Origin: Yuukianura sp. NJ FZ-2021
Taxonomy: Eukaryota
Direction: 5' to 3'
Length of the DNA: 64,000 nucleotides
Assembly: GCA_046563655.1 (NCBI GenBank)
Contig: CM102290.1
Coordinates: 6,758,001 to 6,822,000, forward strand
Shown here: positions 37,732 to 50,899 of the stretch, piece by piece
How positions within the stretch are numbered: position 1 is the stretch's first letter
How the letters are laid out: each line of letters begins with the position of its first letter
The notes under the pieces: model-generated
Told to the model about the DNA's origin: nothing
Database searches by the model: none
Seen by the model: only the letters and a program-made list of their open reading frames with translations
Translations under genes and position numbers: made by a program

Positions 37732-40305
37732 TACTCGCCTCTATGGCCAACTTTTTTGCGTGCAACTACGATGCTCGCTGATGGGAGTTTTTTTCCACGT
37801 ACTCTAGTTGCAGCTGAGTTTTTTCTTTTGTGCATTACCAACTGCAAGATTCGTGTGTGATTCTGCTGTAATTTTTACACGTGAATCATATCTGCGCTTT
37901 CTGTCGTGGGGCGGTTTCGGGAAGGAGATTTTCACGTGTGATTACGCTATCCGCTGGAGGGAGGCTGTCACGCGTTTTTAGGTATCCGCATATCTATCTG
38001 CGAAATTTTGCTTCTTCCGATATCGCAAAGAATGTGCGTTAAAATTCAGTACGCACATTAAAGAAAAAAACATCAACAAAACTCGGCGACGAAAAATCGG
38101 AGTACACAAAGGCAAAGTGTGAACAGGTCTTAAAGTGCTGAATTTTTCTAAAAATCGCCAAGGCGACGGAAAAATATTGGAGTAAACACGAAAGTCGCCC
38201 TTCTACTTCCCAGCCGCATAATTGATTTACAATAAGTATTATTATTGTATGAAAGTGTTAACTATAATGCAATGTAGTAAATTACAAAAACATAGGATCA
38301 GTAACAAAAAAAAGTAACCTGTATTTCTGCTTAGATCACGGTTTTGAATACATTTTCAAAGTTAGCGATAAAGCATTTCTGCATGCTAAAAATACATTAA
38401 TGTTCGACGGAGGGGAAGACAGTTTTGTTGCTTTGTTCAGGTTTCCCGATCGCATCGCAAGGTGTGTTTAGAATAAACACTGGTTATTGTTTTGAGTCAG
38501 ACTCTTGACCCACAAAGGAATTTATACCTTAGTGACCAGTTCATAGAAGGACTTAAAAATGCAAAAAAAAAATCCATTTTAGACGAAGCATAAGTTCTTC
38601 CAACAGACAAGTAAAAACCGTCAATATGCAGCACTTGTTGCTTCCTTTCGATGAATTTCCGAATGCATAGGGTAGAATCATTCAAATTCGCAGCGTTCAC
38701 CTCACCCCCCTTCCGTCGCGTTTCGTTTCTTTTTCTACTAATCCAATTTTATTTTTAGCATTGAAGACAATGGGAATCCTTTAGAAAACGGTTTAACCCA
38801 AGTCCTCGCGGAGCCTTCACCTCTACATGTTCGTCCCTGGACCCATACCTTCCCGGACGACACCCCCTTTTGCCGTTGGTCACACTGAGTAAGAAGACGC
38901 CGAACTGATGCCAATTCAGGTCGACGGACCATATAAAAACGCTGTTCACGAAGCCAAGTGTTTCCAGTCAATTGTCGCCACTGAAGTCTTCCCTTGGACT
39001 GTCACTCTGTCTTTGACGTGTCGGGCTGCGACCTCTCGGCCTTGGGGTAGCATTTTGTTTGACCTCACCGGGTAGTTTCAACCTGAATGCTCATGGACAC
39101 TATCATTAAGCTCAACATCCGGAGGCCGAAGGAAGTCGCTGTTCAACTCCGGTCGGAACAGTGTACTTGACTTTGGTTATCTAGCTCTATGAACACCTCG
39201 CTTGCAGTCATAAAGCTAGGTTAGCAAAGTAAAGTCGCTTTGTTCAACAATCATCAAGGCAGAAGTGTCATCTTTGATCAAGGCGGTGAACGGCGGGTCA
39301 CAAACACTACGATTCCCGCTCGGGACAAACCAAACTTTCTTTGTCTAGGAACTACTGGCGGTGCGTAACTTGTCATAAGGACGTTATCACAGCCAATAGA
39401 TCCTCGACAAGGGAGCCAACATGTCAACGCTTGACCTCGACACTCAGCTATTCCGTCGTCGTCGTCGTTGAAGAACAATATTCAATGGGATTCCCGCAGA
39501 AATGAACCTTAGTCATACAAAATGAGGACTGAACACGAGTCAGTGGCGATCTAATTGTGACACTAATTTTGAAAAAGTTCATGACTAGATCGAACACTCG
39601 ACTCACGATCAAAGCCTAAAAGTCTTCAACTAACCCTCGGAATTGACCTCTGAAAACACTTTGACCTTGTATTTGTTTCTCAATCTCCGCTCCAGCGTCA
39701 TCAGGTATTTATTTCCTCGGTTCTTACTTTGTTTGTAAATAGCGCAAGTTGAGGTTAAATTCGAACCTAACTGAAAGGTAGCCTTTTGATTTTCATTGTA
39801 GAAATTATAGCTCCTTAAGTTTCGTTATTGTTCATGTTTACCTTCCCATACCAAAAAATTTATTGTTTGTACTAACTAAAAAATACAACTTTGTTTTTGC
39901 AATGTTTGTAATCTGACATTTTCAATGTTGGCTCACGAGGGAATGACTTTGACTTGTAATACCAGCTACCAAATTAAGTCATTTTAAAATAAACATACAA
40001 CGTTATGTCTAACGGCTTGGCAGAACCTAATCTGAATTAGAACATTCACAAAGATTTGCATAACGAGTCCCTTGTGTGTGAATCTGTGAAATTCTTTTCG
40101 AAATTGCGAATTCACAGAATTGCAGTTTGTGTCTGTGTCTACACCGTTTTTGTGCGATAAGGCTTCAGGCTTCCAAAGTTATTACAACAACATTTACAAT
40201 CATGGTGTAATACTGTGTTTTTATTTTCAAGTTTTTTTTATTGGGGCAACTTTTTAGAACCCAAAGAACTCAAACTTTAAATTTATGAATTAGTTGTAAT
40301 TGACT

Positions 40306-43023
40306 TTATAAATTAACTTCCCAGAGGTGCATAGTTTGCGTAAGGGAGTCGGAGAACCACTTCCGTTGACTTGCGTCTTTAAAAACGTGAGCCAGCATCT
40401 TCAGTTCGAGACCCAACAGTCCATCGGCCTCCATCTTGAGATACTTTTCAATTTTTTTGACAAGTGCAGCATTGTCATGCATTTTGAAAATGTTTGGGTA
40501 TGACGAAAATAGGAATCGGATGGTGAGTGTTTCCCGTATGCTGGTCGTTGCCTGTGGACTCGAATTCAGAATCATGACTTTTCCCATGTGCTTGACCCAG
40601 AGCGGAAGGAGGTAGGGTAGTTGTGCCATGTAAGATGAACGTACCCAGCCAGACTCGCTGAGACGTCGCTTTACAGCGTCGTAACCTGTCTGATCGTACA
40701 CGAAAACCTGGAAAACAAGTAGTCATTTATAGATCTGTTGTTAAACGTCTCGATTTCTCAAAAAAATGTCAATTTGAAATATCATAATATATTAATTTAA
40801 AAAATATCAAAATGAAAAAAATTTGATTGAAAAATTCGGCGACACAAAACTCAAATTGCTTGTATAATGCCAACTTTCAGAAGAAAAAAAATTACGTCGA
40901 AGTTGGCAGGTCAAATTCCAAGAATAACAAGGATTTGTGCTATACGTCGTCTCCATCTTATGATTTTTGCACACTAAATCCTCGCTGTGGGCTTGACACG
41001 TGCAATTTTTTATGTGGCGTCTACCGCTATACAGCAGAACTCTCTTCCAAAACTTTCAAAATTTGTTTTTAGAGAAAAAAAAAGGTGACACGTGAGAAAA
41101 AGTTGAAGTAAGGCAAAGTTCCCATTATGTTCAGGCCCACACCTCTGCTTTATTACACAGCTGTAATTTCTTGGTTCGTTTAAACTTTTTGGTGGTTACT
41201 ATAAAATCATCAGTGATGAACCAAATGTTTTTAATGGTTACTGAAAAATCATCAGTGATCACTGAAAAATCACCAGTGATCACTAAAAAGTTGTTGGTGG
41301 TCACTGAGAAATCACGAGTCATCACTGAAAAATCATCAATGATCACTGAAAAGTTTTGGTGGTCACTGAAAAATCACGAGTCATCACTGAAAAATCGTCA
41401 GTGATCACTGAAAAATGACCAGTGTTCACTGAAAAGTTTTTGTGGTCGCTGAAAAATGATCAGTTTTGGTAGTCACTGAAAAGTGATCAGTTTTGGTAGT
41501 CACTGAAAAACGACCAGTTTTTGCTAGAATGTTGTTGGTGGATGCTGAGAAATCATCAGTAAATCACTGAAAATTTGCTTCCGTCAGTTATCACTGAAAA
41601 CATTTTGGTCACTGAATCATCATCAGTGACCATTGACAATTTTAGTGGTTACTGAATAATTTGTAGTCACTGAAAATTTTTAGTTAACACTGAATAGAGT
41701 CATCGCTAAAAGTTTTTAGTGGTTACTTACGCAGAGTTGTCCTAAGTGTCTAATCTACTGAACTTTTTGATTTGTTAAAGTGTCGAGTGAGGGGAACGGA
41801 CAACTTTTTCCCTCACTTCAACCGTTGTTTACTTTTGACTTTTCCTGGCGCCGAAAAATTTTTTGAAAGAAAGGCGCGAAGGTTTTGGAAGAGAGTTCTG
41901 CTGTATAGCGGTATGCAACGTGACAGAAAAATTTGTTTCGAAGTTTTTTTTTTGTTGGTGACAAGGGAAATCGTTAGCTTTCGGGAGACTTTGTTAAAAA
42001 ATGACAATTGATTGCGTACGAACCTCAACAAAAACATCAGTAAAAAAAAATTTTTTTTGTTGAATTACACCGCAGCAAGGTTATCTTTTTTACAACAAGT
42101 CGTTCATGTATTAGTATTTATGGTGTTTATGAAAGGAACAAAATTTCCTGGAATGTTCGCGAAAATCATGTTTTGCATATTTTACAATCTGCGTGTATTT
42201 TCTTTAAAAAAAAGCATAAGGTATTTGTAAGATAAATTTTAAAAATGTCGAAGACGAGACTCACCTGGTAAATGGAATTTCCAGTGATGAAGGAGTTTAC
42301 ATAGTGCGTTCCCACTTCATTAAAAAACTGAAACGAGGCAGTATAGTCATTGAACCGAAACGAACGCGCATTTTCTGCAACGTTGGGGGTGAAGGTGACA
42401 TTTGGAAAAATATGAAGTTTCCCAGTGTTTTTGACCATGAGCACGCGCACTAACATGTAGCGATAGTCACCTTTGACATAGGCTGGATCCAGCCCGAAGT
42501 ACTTGGCCACACTGGGTGCTCTCCAGCCACCAGCAAACGCGTGCCACGGTTTCTCCAGTCCTTCAATCACGAAACGCCTAAAGTAGGCTTGAACCAACTG
42601 CTGGAGATCTTCACAAAGGTCAATGTGGAACTCGTTGTGGAGTGGAATGCTGTTCTCAGCAGTGGCATACGACAGACTCTCGACTCTCACGGTCGTCATA
42701 TCCAGCACATCTCGTGTGGGTTCCAGGAAGATCCAGCTCTGAGAATCGTTTCGAGGAACAACACGCATGCTCAGACTGAGGTAGCCATAGCGCGGGAAGA
42801 GGTGCATCACGACTCCGGGTTTGACTAGATGACTAATGGCGTTGGAACTGGTAATGGCCGGTGGGGAGGAAACTGGAAGAGGACCACGACCAATCAGGTC
42901 CTTGCAATCCGTGTCGACGAGACAGACGACAAAGAACAGTAGCCGCACTACACGAGACACGACTCTCTCATCCTGGACTGAACCTGACTTGACTTGACCT
43001 ACACTCAGGATAGATGGAATCAT
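40306..43023 (-). CDS. tsl: Torso-like, secreted MACPF-domain protein; 2 coding exons, 386 aa
   Basis: Exons 43023-42265 (253 codons, CAG|GTGAGT) and 40707-40306 (TTTTCCAG|). Motifs RYGYLSLSMRVVPRNDSQSWIFLEPT, FHIDLCEDLQQLVQAYFRRF, LEKPWHAFAGGW, GTHYVNSFITGNSIYQVFVY and the C-terminal LWEVNL are characteristic of arthropod Tsl. Confidence 0.93.
41195..41730. repeat. Intronic minisatellite of ~21-22 bp (TCACTGAAAAATCATCAGTGA-like, internally palindromic)
   Basis: About 24 degenerate units with a CACTGAAAA core, in the tsl intron. Confidence 0.85.
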
Positions 43024-44168
43024 GATGCGGCTTCAGAACTTAAAGTTGTAAAGGTCAACCGGGTGACCTTTAGTCGTTGGCCATTGTCATTCCGCTAAAG
43101 ATGCAGACTTACAATGCTTTTGCTTGAACTGACTCCATTTGTCGTGAAATACTTAACATGGTGATGACAACATGACGCACAGTTGAGGACAATACATCAC
43201 AACGCCCCTAGCTCCGGTTTAGGTTTCGGTGAACCTGCTAACTTCCGGTTTCTTCTCGTGTTACTCTGAAGGCGTCTTCCAGAGGATGTCTTTTGTACAC
43301 AGAAACTACGGTCGAAGCTCAGAATCCGAGGAGATCTTGTTGTCTCTTCTCTTGGCGGATATGTTCCAATGACTACGACTGCGCGTTGGGCTGACGGATA
43401 GGCGGATGTATTTGAAAAGTGAGGGAAGGCGAGGGTGAAGTTGTTCGTAGAAGTGGTTCCAATTCGGACTAATTAAAGGCGGAGCAGTGTCAACAGAGAG
43501 GGAGAGGGGCCTTCAGTAGTATTTCTACGAAGAACAATAGGTTAGGTTTTGGTTCCTGAGTCCATACTCACCTGACAATCACTGAGTGAGTCAGTGGAAC
43601 TATGGAAATTTCAAAGCGATCAACATAGGTAGGCTTCCAATGCAAGGTGGAAGGTTTGGGGAACCACTTCAAAACGCTATTAACCTAACAATGCACATGA
43701 GTTTCTGACCATACCACACAACGAAGCCTCGTACCGCAGATCCCAAATGTAAAATGACCACCACTACTACACAATATCATACTTTGGGGATGATGTACTC
43801 TTCGACTAACTTTGAGGCAGACACTTTGGGAATTGATACTGAAAGGACCATCTCCCTGGCCCCAACGACCATTCAAAGAGCCTCAAACTAACGATTTGCT
43901 TTTGGTTCTGGACAAAGCCTTTTAACACGAAATCTTTATGGAACCTACTAGCTTCCACTATTTCGCTAGTATCCGTAGTCGTGACTTTTTCCTCCAATGA
44001 TTGTGTACCATTCTATTTTGGGAATTTGAATTCTCATTGTCTGAGCCCGTTTCCTCAATTCCTGATACCAATAGTGGGTAGCTTTTAGTTGTGAGTCATG
44101 AGGACTCACCTGAATTACGCCTTATCATATCGTATTTTACTGCCTTAATACAACCCTGCCAATCATGA

Positions 44169-46041
44169 TGACAATTATCACCCACGATTTTCTCCCTACA
44201 TAAAATTTTTGAAATTTTGAACCAATTTTTTTCAAAAAATGGAAATTTGATGAAAACACCCTAAATTACGTTTTTCGAACGTTTTTTGATTTTTTCCGAC
44301 AAATTTCAATTTTTCTGAATTTCTTGAACTGAAAATTGCTGTTTTTGGGCTGGATTTGAGCTTTTCTGACAAAGAAACTCAATTCTTACAGCGGTATAAA
44401 ATTTTTGAAATTCTGAACCAATTTTTTTCAAAAAATTGGAAAATGATGAAAACACCCTAAATTACGTTTTTCAAACGATTTTGAATTTTTTGCACAAACG
44501 TATTGAACGTGAAAATTCCACGTCGCCAATTGCGCCACCCCTTTCCATTTGCTAAAAGGCAAATCGACCACCAGATGGTATGCGCACGACAACTATAGGA
44601 TTCCGACGCCATTACCGGTCGTACGTGAAATTTCACGTCGCGAATGGCGCCATCCGCAAATTTTCGCGTCGCGCACGGCGACGCGAATTTTCACAAAAAA
44701 TGCAAATTTGATGCTCAGTTGCAACTACGGCGACACCCACAGCGATGGAACGCCATTACCGGTCGTACGTGAAATTTCACGTCGCGAATAGCGACATCCG
44801 CGAAATAGGTCAAAAACTAAAAACCGATGTCGGCAGGCGTTATATGCAAACGGAATTGATCCTAAGCCGTTTCCAGTCGTACGCGAAATTTCACGTCGCG
44901 TAAGCCGCGAGTCGTCAATTTTCGCGCCGTGCCTGGCGACACGCGAATTTTTACAGAAAATTGCCTTTTTGTTACTGAGCTGTACTCAAGGCGACACAAA
45001 CAGGGATGCGACGCCATTTCCGGTCGTACGCAAAATTTTGCGTCGCGAAAGGGAAAATTCGCGTAACCATCCGCGACGCAAAAATTCGCGTCAGTGAAGC
45101 ATGGCTTCACAATACCACAGGTACGCTCTGAACGTGTCTAGCATCCAATGCGCATTTTCATAAAGAACGCTGATATTACCGTTCGCGACGTGGAAAGCGA
45201 AATTTCGCGTACGATCGGAAATGGCATCGCATCCCTGTTGGTGCCGCCTTGAGTACAGCTGAGTAACAAAAGGCCAATTTTCTGTAAAAATTCGCGTGTC
45301 GAAAGGCACGAAAATTTACAGATGTTGTCTTTCGCGACGTGAAATTTCACGTGCGACCGAAAATGGCGTCGCATCCTTGTTGGTGTCGCCGTGAGTACAG
45401 ATGAGTAACGAATTGGCAATTTTCTACCAAATTCGCGTCGCCAGGCGCGACGCGAAAATTCACGACTCGCGGCGTACGCGACGTGAAATTTCGCGTGCGA
45501 CTGGAAACGGCTTTGGATCAATTCCGTTGTCACGCATAACACCTGCCGACATCGGTTTTTAGTTTTTGACATATTTCGCAGATGTCGCTATTCCCGACGT
45601 GAAATTTCACGCGCGACCGGAAATCGTGTCCCATCGCTGTGGGTGTCGCCGTAGTAGCGACTGAGCATCAAATTTACATTTTCTGTGAAAATTCGCGCCG
45701 CCGCGCGCGACGCGAAAATTCGCGGATGTCGCCATTTGCGACGTGAAATTTCACGTGCGACTGGTAATGGCGGCTTATCGCTGTGGGTGTCGCCGTAGTT
45801 GCAACTAAGCATCAAATTTGCATTTTTTGTGAAAATTCGCCTCGCCGTGCGCGACGCGAAAATTCGCGGATGTCGCCATTCGCGACGTGAAGTTTCACGT
45901 GCGACCGGAAATGACGTCGGAGTAAAACTTTTCAAAAAAAAAAACAAAAAAAAAATTTAAATAAAAATTTTAAAAAAATTTTTTAAATATTTTAGTTTTA
46001 AAAAAATATTACGTAGAATGATTCTTGGGTGACAATTGTCA
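44169..46041. mobile_element. CpG-rich foldback element with internal ~145-bp repeats in inverted arms
   Basis: The left arm 44601-45090 (CGTACGTGAAATTTCACGTCGCG units) mirrors the right arm 45180-45922. Outer IR TGACAATTATCACCCA / TGGGTGACAATTGTCA. A segment of ~100 bp is duplicated at 44200 and 44397. Confidence 0.75.
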
Positions 46042-48396
46042 GTTTGTTTTCTACGGAATGCAGTCTGGGAGTATGGTGAGGGTAGGAGTTAAGATTTAGG
46101 CAACACTTGATTTTTTGGTTTTCAAAATTTCGAATTGCTTGAGTAATTTATCAAATGAAGACCATTTATAAAAAGAAAAAAAGGAGGAAAGAATTGGACG
46201 TGTGGCGTAATTATACTTTACTTCTTCTTTTTTTTTTTTTTTTGTCGTTTGGGTAAAATTTAAGTGGAAAGTTGTACTTTAAATTCAAGGTCGAACAAGT
46301 CTTGGAGGAAATTCATTCAAGTGAACCTTCTAACTAACTTTTGATCTATGACGTCATCATCACAAAACTAAAATCATTACAAAAATTTTAAAATACAATT
46401 ATGATTATTCTATTGGGCGGGAGGGATCGCTTGATCGAAATTAAAATGAAAAATGAGAAAAAAGAGACCAAAGTTCAATTGGCAAGAGGGAGGGCCATAT
46501 ATTCTGAAGGAATTGGTGTCAATAGCAATTAGTATGCCAACTATTGCGAAATCCCTTCGACACTTCCTATGTATTCCAAATCCAAAATCTAGTCAAACCG
46601 CAACAAAATCCCTCTGAGGAAAAAGTATTACAACGACTTGGCGTGACTGCATGTGCTTGTGCAAAACATTTTTGCCTAAAATAATCCAAAGGAATAGCAA
46701 GAAAAGGGAATTTAAGATTAATCTGAGGATGGATGCCACAACGAAATTGTAACTTTCAGCATAACCCTCCCCCATAACGTAATGGCTCTCCCACACTTAA
46801 CTTATGCTTAAGAAGCATCTCATTCCTTGGTAACGTCCTTCCTTAATTACTTCATCCTTAAATACAACTCAATTTAGCACAAAAACATTTTCATCTCTTC
46901 CATCCTGCACATAAATACCAAGAACTCCTCCTTTTTTTGAAATTTTTTTTGAAAACTTTGAAACTTTCCATTTCACCTGTCAACAAAACAAATTTTGACA
47001 AGGGGTAACGAAAACTGCAAAACTTATGATGTATTTCGAGTTGAATCCTTTTAGTCAATGTCGCTCGGTAGTTCCCAATTTTTACTTGAATCATAGTTAA
47101 ATGTTGAGTTAACAATTAATTTTTCTTATTCAATAAACCCTTCCAACTTCATGTCCTGTGGTCACCTTCAAATTTTATTTCAAACGTTTAATTCTTTTTT
47201 CTCTCTTCGAAGATGGGTGGCTTTGTGGGTCAATGCTGAACAGGATTTGAGATACATTTAGAACATGACATCTGAACTTGTCAAAGAAAGACATTTTGAA
47301 TTTTTTGACTCTAAGGTGGTCGTTGATGTTAGCGTTAGTGTCGGTCGACAACAGTATGGCAGTGGCAGGAAATGGGGGACGTGCGGTTGAATTACAAAGA
47401 GGTTCATCTGACATTGAGTGTTGTGGAACAAGGTAACTGGACCCGGTTATTCCTATCGATAGACACAAGACAATGGAAGATAAAAATCAGTTCCTTTCCT
47501 TGTAAAATCCATAAACTATGAGTAAAATAGGAAAACTAACAACGGCTAGTTATGCTGAAGTTGGTGAAGCGTCTAATGAGGAGGAAAGCGCTTTTAGGAT
47601 GCTACAGCAAACACCACTGAAAGGAATGCCAAAAAATTAAATTAGATTATGTTATTATGATAATGGGAGATGTTCGTGTGTGTATTTTTTTGATAAATTA
47701 CGAAAAATATTTTAAAGATTTGTGGAAAAGGACTTGGACTTGGGTTTCGCGAACGGCGAAGAACCTTGAAAAAACCTTTCATTATTATGCTTCCCACTGA
47801 TGCGAACTAAGAGGCTGTTGAGTGTTGTATCTTACCTGTTAATTAACTTTGTCTAATTAGTCGTCTTTGCAGTCTGAAGCTAACTAGGAATTACGACAGT
47901 GGACAGTCGAATTCCAAGGGAAGTGTGATGTTTTGCACAAATTTTCAGAAAACACTGCTGCATTGGTCAAGTTGAGAAGGAATTTACTTTTAAACTTAAT
48001 TTTTCTGAACTTTGGAATGATAATCGTTCACCGATTCGATTCGAAACTAAACTCAAAATCGAGAGCAAGAATGCGTCCAGTTTTCCAACTTCTGCCATTT
48101 TATGGCCAACACATTTATTTCCACCCCAATATCAATGCAGTAGTGAACCTTATTCCATTTTTGTGCATATTCGCTGAAGGTGAAACTCCTTGTACATTTT
48201 AATTTTATTTAGATTGCTTTAAAAACATTAAAACGTTTTTAGTTGCATTTTTGGTAAAGTGAAGGAAACTTTTTTTTTGCATTTTTGATGAGAATATTTT
48301 GAGCGCGTTTATCCAAGGTTTTTCTGCTATTTGAAAATACGATTTCATATTGTCAATTCACGAGATGTTTTAGCCGTCCAGACGAGTGTGGCAGTG

Positions 48397-48923
48397 TCAG
48401 CAGTTATACACAGACTTGACCTGAGTAATGTCGTAACCCCCATGTCCAATACTGCTGTCGACGTCTTCAATCATATCGAACGAGTCATCGGTATCACAGT
48501 CAGGTCCGGAGTAGAGGATGGTACACCCGACGCTTTTCGTAATGGAGTCAGTTTCAATTGGGTGACGTAAGGTGACACAAACGTCGTCGTCAATGACTAT
48601 GGTATTCTCTTTGGACACTAACGACAAGTTACAAAAAATAACATAGTACTTCAAATTCTATATTTAACTGAACATTGATTCGCCAAATGAATTACCTCCA
48701 TTTTTTAATTCGGTGTACTGAATGGAGTTGGCACGAGCTACATCCAAAGACTCTGTAAGTGAATGCAAAGTAGCTTATTAAATGAAAATGTTGGATTAAT
48801 AGAATAAATACAACCAACTTATTTACACTAAAGGTATACTTTTTTTTTCCACAAAATTCGCTCACTTATTCGCGAAATTCACTTACGGCATGCGAGGAAG
48901 AGAAAAATCAGAATTGATTTCAT
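48397..48923 (-). CDS. Small secreted cysteine-containing protein, 104 aa, 3 exons; possible single beta/gamma-crystallin-like domain
   Basis: Exons 48923-48887 (C|GTAAGT), 48752-48696 (TTACAG|...G|GTAATT) and 48617-48397 (GTTAG|); both introns phase 1; 315 nt. Product: MKSILIFLFLACQSLDVARA-NSIQYTELKNGVSKENTIVIDDDVCVTLRHPIETDSITKSVGCTILYSGPDCDTDDSFDMIEDVDSSIGHGGYDITQVKSVYNC*. Signal-peptide-like N-terminus, TATA box upstream, AATAAA at 48209-48204. Confidence 0.8.
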
Positions 48924-49005
48924 GTTTGATTTTCCTTTACTTTCACTTTCATACGAGACCTGCTTAAGATGTCACAGAACATGTCGAACGATCACACAAG
49001 CCGTA

Positions 49006-49012
49006 CTTTATA
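49006..49012 (-). promoter_or_regulatory. Candidate TATA box of the small secreted protein gene
   Basis: TATAAAG on the minus strand, ~85 bp upstream of the ATG at 48923. Confidence 0.55.
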
Positions 49013-50899
49013 GTGCGAATTTTAATTCGCTTCAATGAAGCCGAAATTAGAAGTCGATTAGGAAAAACTTAAGTCAGGAACGATTAATTTGGGCGAGTTA
49101 AGCGTTACCCAATTTGGCTAAACCTTGTATGCAGTGTAATCGAGACCGCTCCAGTTTTAAGGGAATAATTAACTATGCATTTCCTTAACACTACAGCTAA
49201 TGGGAAGAAATCAACCACAAACACTTATGAAATTAAACCAAATGACGTACGGTTTTCCTGAAGTTACAGAGCTAATTATAACTTTTAAGTGACTGCCTCC
49301 CGAAAATAGTATATGTGAAGTTATAATAAAAATTTTAAATTTTGGAACAATGACGGTTCCAAATTCTTTCAGAATTTTATTTCAAAGGTTATGATGTGCA
49401 TTGGACAAAATTTTCTGGTTTCTAAAAAAACAAAGTTCAACTATGTATGTGGAGCTTTTTTTTCCAACTGCGTGACTCGACACATTTTTTTTTAATTTTT
49501 TGCCTGGAGATTTCGTGGAACTTTCACGAAAAGCATTTTTTTTTGTTAAGCCTGAAGTTGTGTAAAACGTACGTAAACATACACCACACAAAAAGCTGGA
49601 ATTCCACTAAAAAGTTTTTAAAACCGGGAAAATAAATTACCGTAAAACTCTTCCAGCGAAAGTTTTTTGCTTTGCTTTCTTTTACCCCGCTAGTTTTTTT
49701 TTGTCATCTTTTACGGTTGAAAAGCGGTTTATGGAAAGAAGTGTATACAAAAAAGAAAACCTGATATGGCTAGAATCTTTCATCAAATAAGTTAGCAATT
49801 TTCATATTCATGTTAAGAATTTCTTCACCGATTTCACACAGCCAATCACTGAGAGAGTTACATTACCATCTTAAAGTATTACCATACAGACGAAAACGGG
49901 ATCATGGTTACATTGCTACTACCTGTATGTATATAAGAAGGATGGGAACAAAATACTTGGATTAGGAAATCTACAATTGAAACTCGATTTCAATATCAAA
50001 GTTTTAGAGAGGTTACGAGGTCAGGCAAACATGCTTGAGAATTTCCAACCAACTAAATTGTCGGTCAAGGTGACAACTCTCAGAATCAGAAACTTACGTC
50101 ACTGTCAAACGCATTTATTCCACGTTTTCCCCAATTCACAGGAAATGTGCAATACACGCTAACTGACTGCAGAACTTTTGTGCTACAGCCGTAATTTAAC
50201 AGCAAAGGTTTAAATGGTCACTTTAGTACAAGATGTACAGGATAACAGAGTACTTTTACAAAAGTAAAACAATACAGGAAAGTGTAATCTAAACATAAAC
50301 ACCCTTATTCAGATCAGAAATGTTTACCATTACTGATACTTAACTAGGGCAGTGCAAAGTTACATCACTTATACTTAAGTTAAATAATTTAAATATGTTA
50401 CTGCAGTCATTGTGGCTCAGAAGGAAATGACTTCCAGAAGTAGACAGGTTTTGGACTACAAGTCCTAACTTGCAACTTTACACTTTTGTAATAGTAGAGG
50501 TCACGGAATGAAGAAACAGGGTAGCCTCTTGGTAAGTAAACTCAAGGTTTGACCAGACAACTAGATCCCAACGAATGCTAACGGGGAACACTGAATTAGC
50601 TCGAAATAAGAGTGTATTACATTTGGTTAGGTTGGACTATAAGCATAACTGTAAATCTATTTGCCAAAAAAAAAACTACACATTGAACAACTCTCAATGT
50701 TGAAAACGGTGTACAAAAGTTCAGAGTTTAAGTCTCTCTCGTCAAATAGTATCTTTTAACTGCATTGATCTAAAACCCTCCGTCTTCAGTATAAAATACG
50801 ACTGGAAGAGAGGCAGAAGACGGAAGGTTCACCCCGGGAGTCATTGTCAGCAAAAACTACTTATAATTAATTACAAGGGGATGAATTTGCAGAATTCGT

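Larger units (their letters stand above)
34811..38231. mobile_element. Unclassified element bounded by ~110-bp diverged inverted repeats; host to two nested insertions
   Basis: TGTAAATCAAT...GTAGAAGGGCGAGTTTCGTGTTTAC...TGGCGATTTT at 34811-34915 versus the reverse complement of 38130-38231. Confidence 0.5.

Noticed and set aside
38700..39500. GC-richer island with short ORFs, possibly an LTR or DIRS remnant
   Set aside because: No termini, TSD or protein motif could be identified by eye.
44549..45947. Arg-rich ORFs (REISRRE...)
   Set aside because: They are translations of the CpG-rich foldback repeats.
47175..47468. 97-aa minus-strand ORF downstream of the small secreted gene
   Set aside because: Non-ATG start, no convincing splice partners and no recognisable motif.
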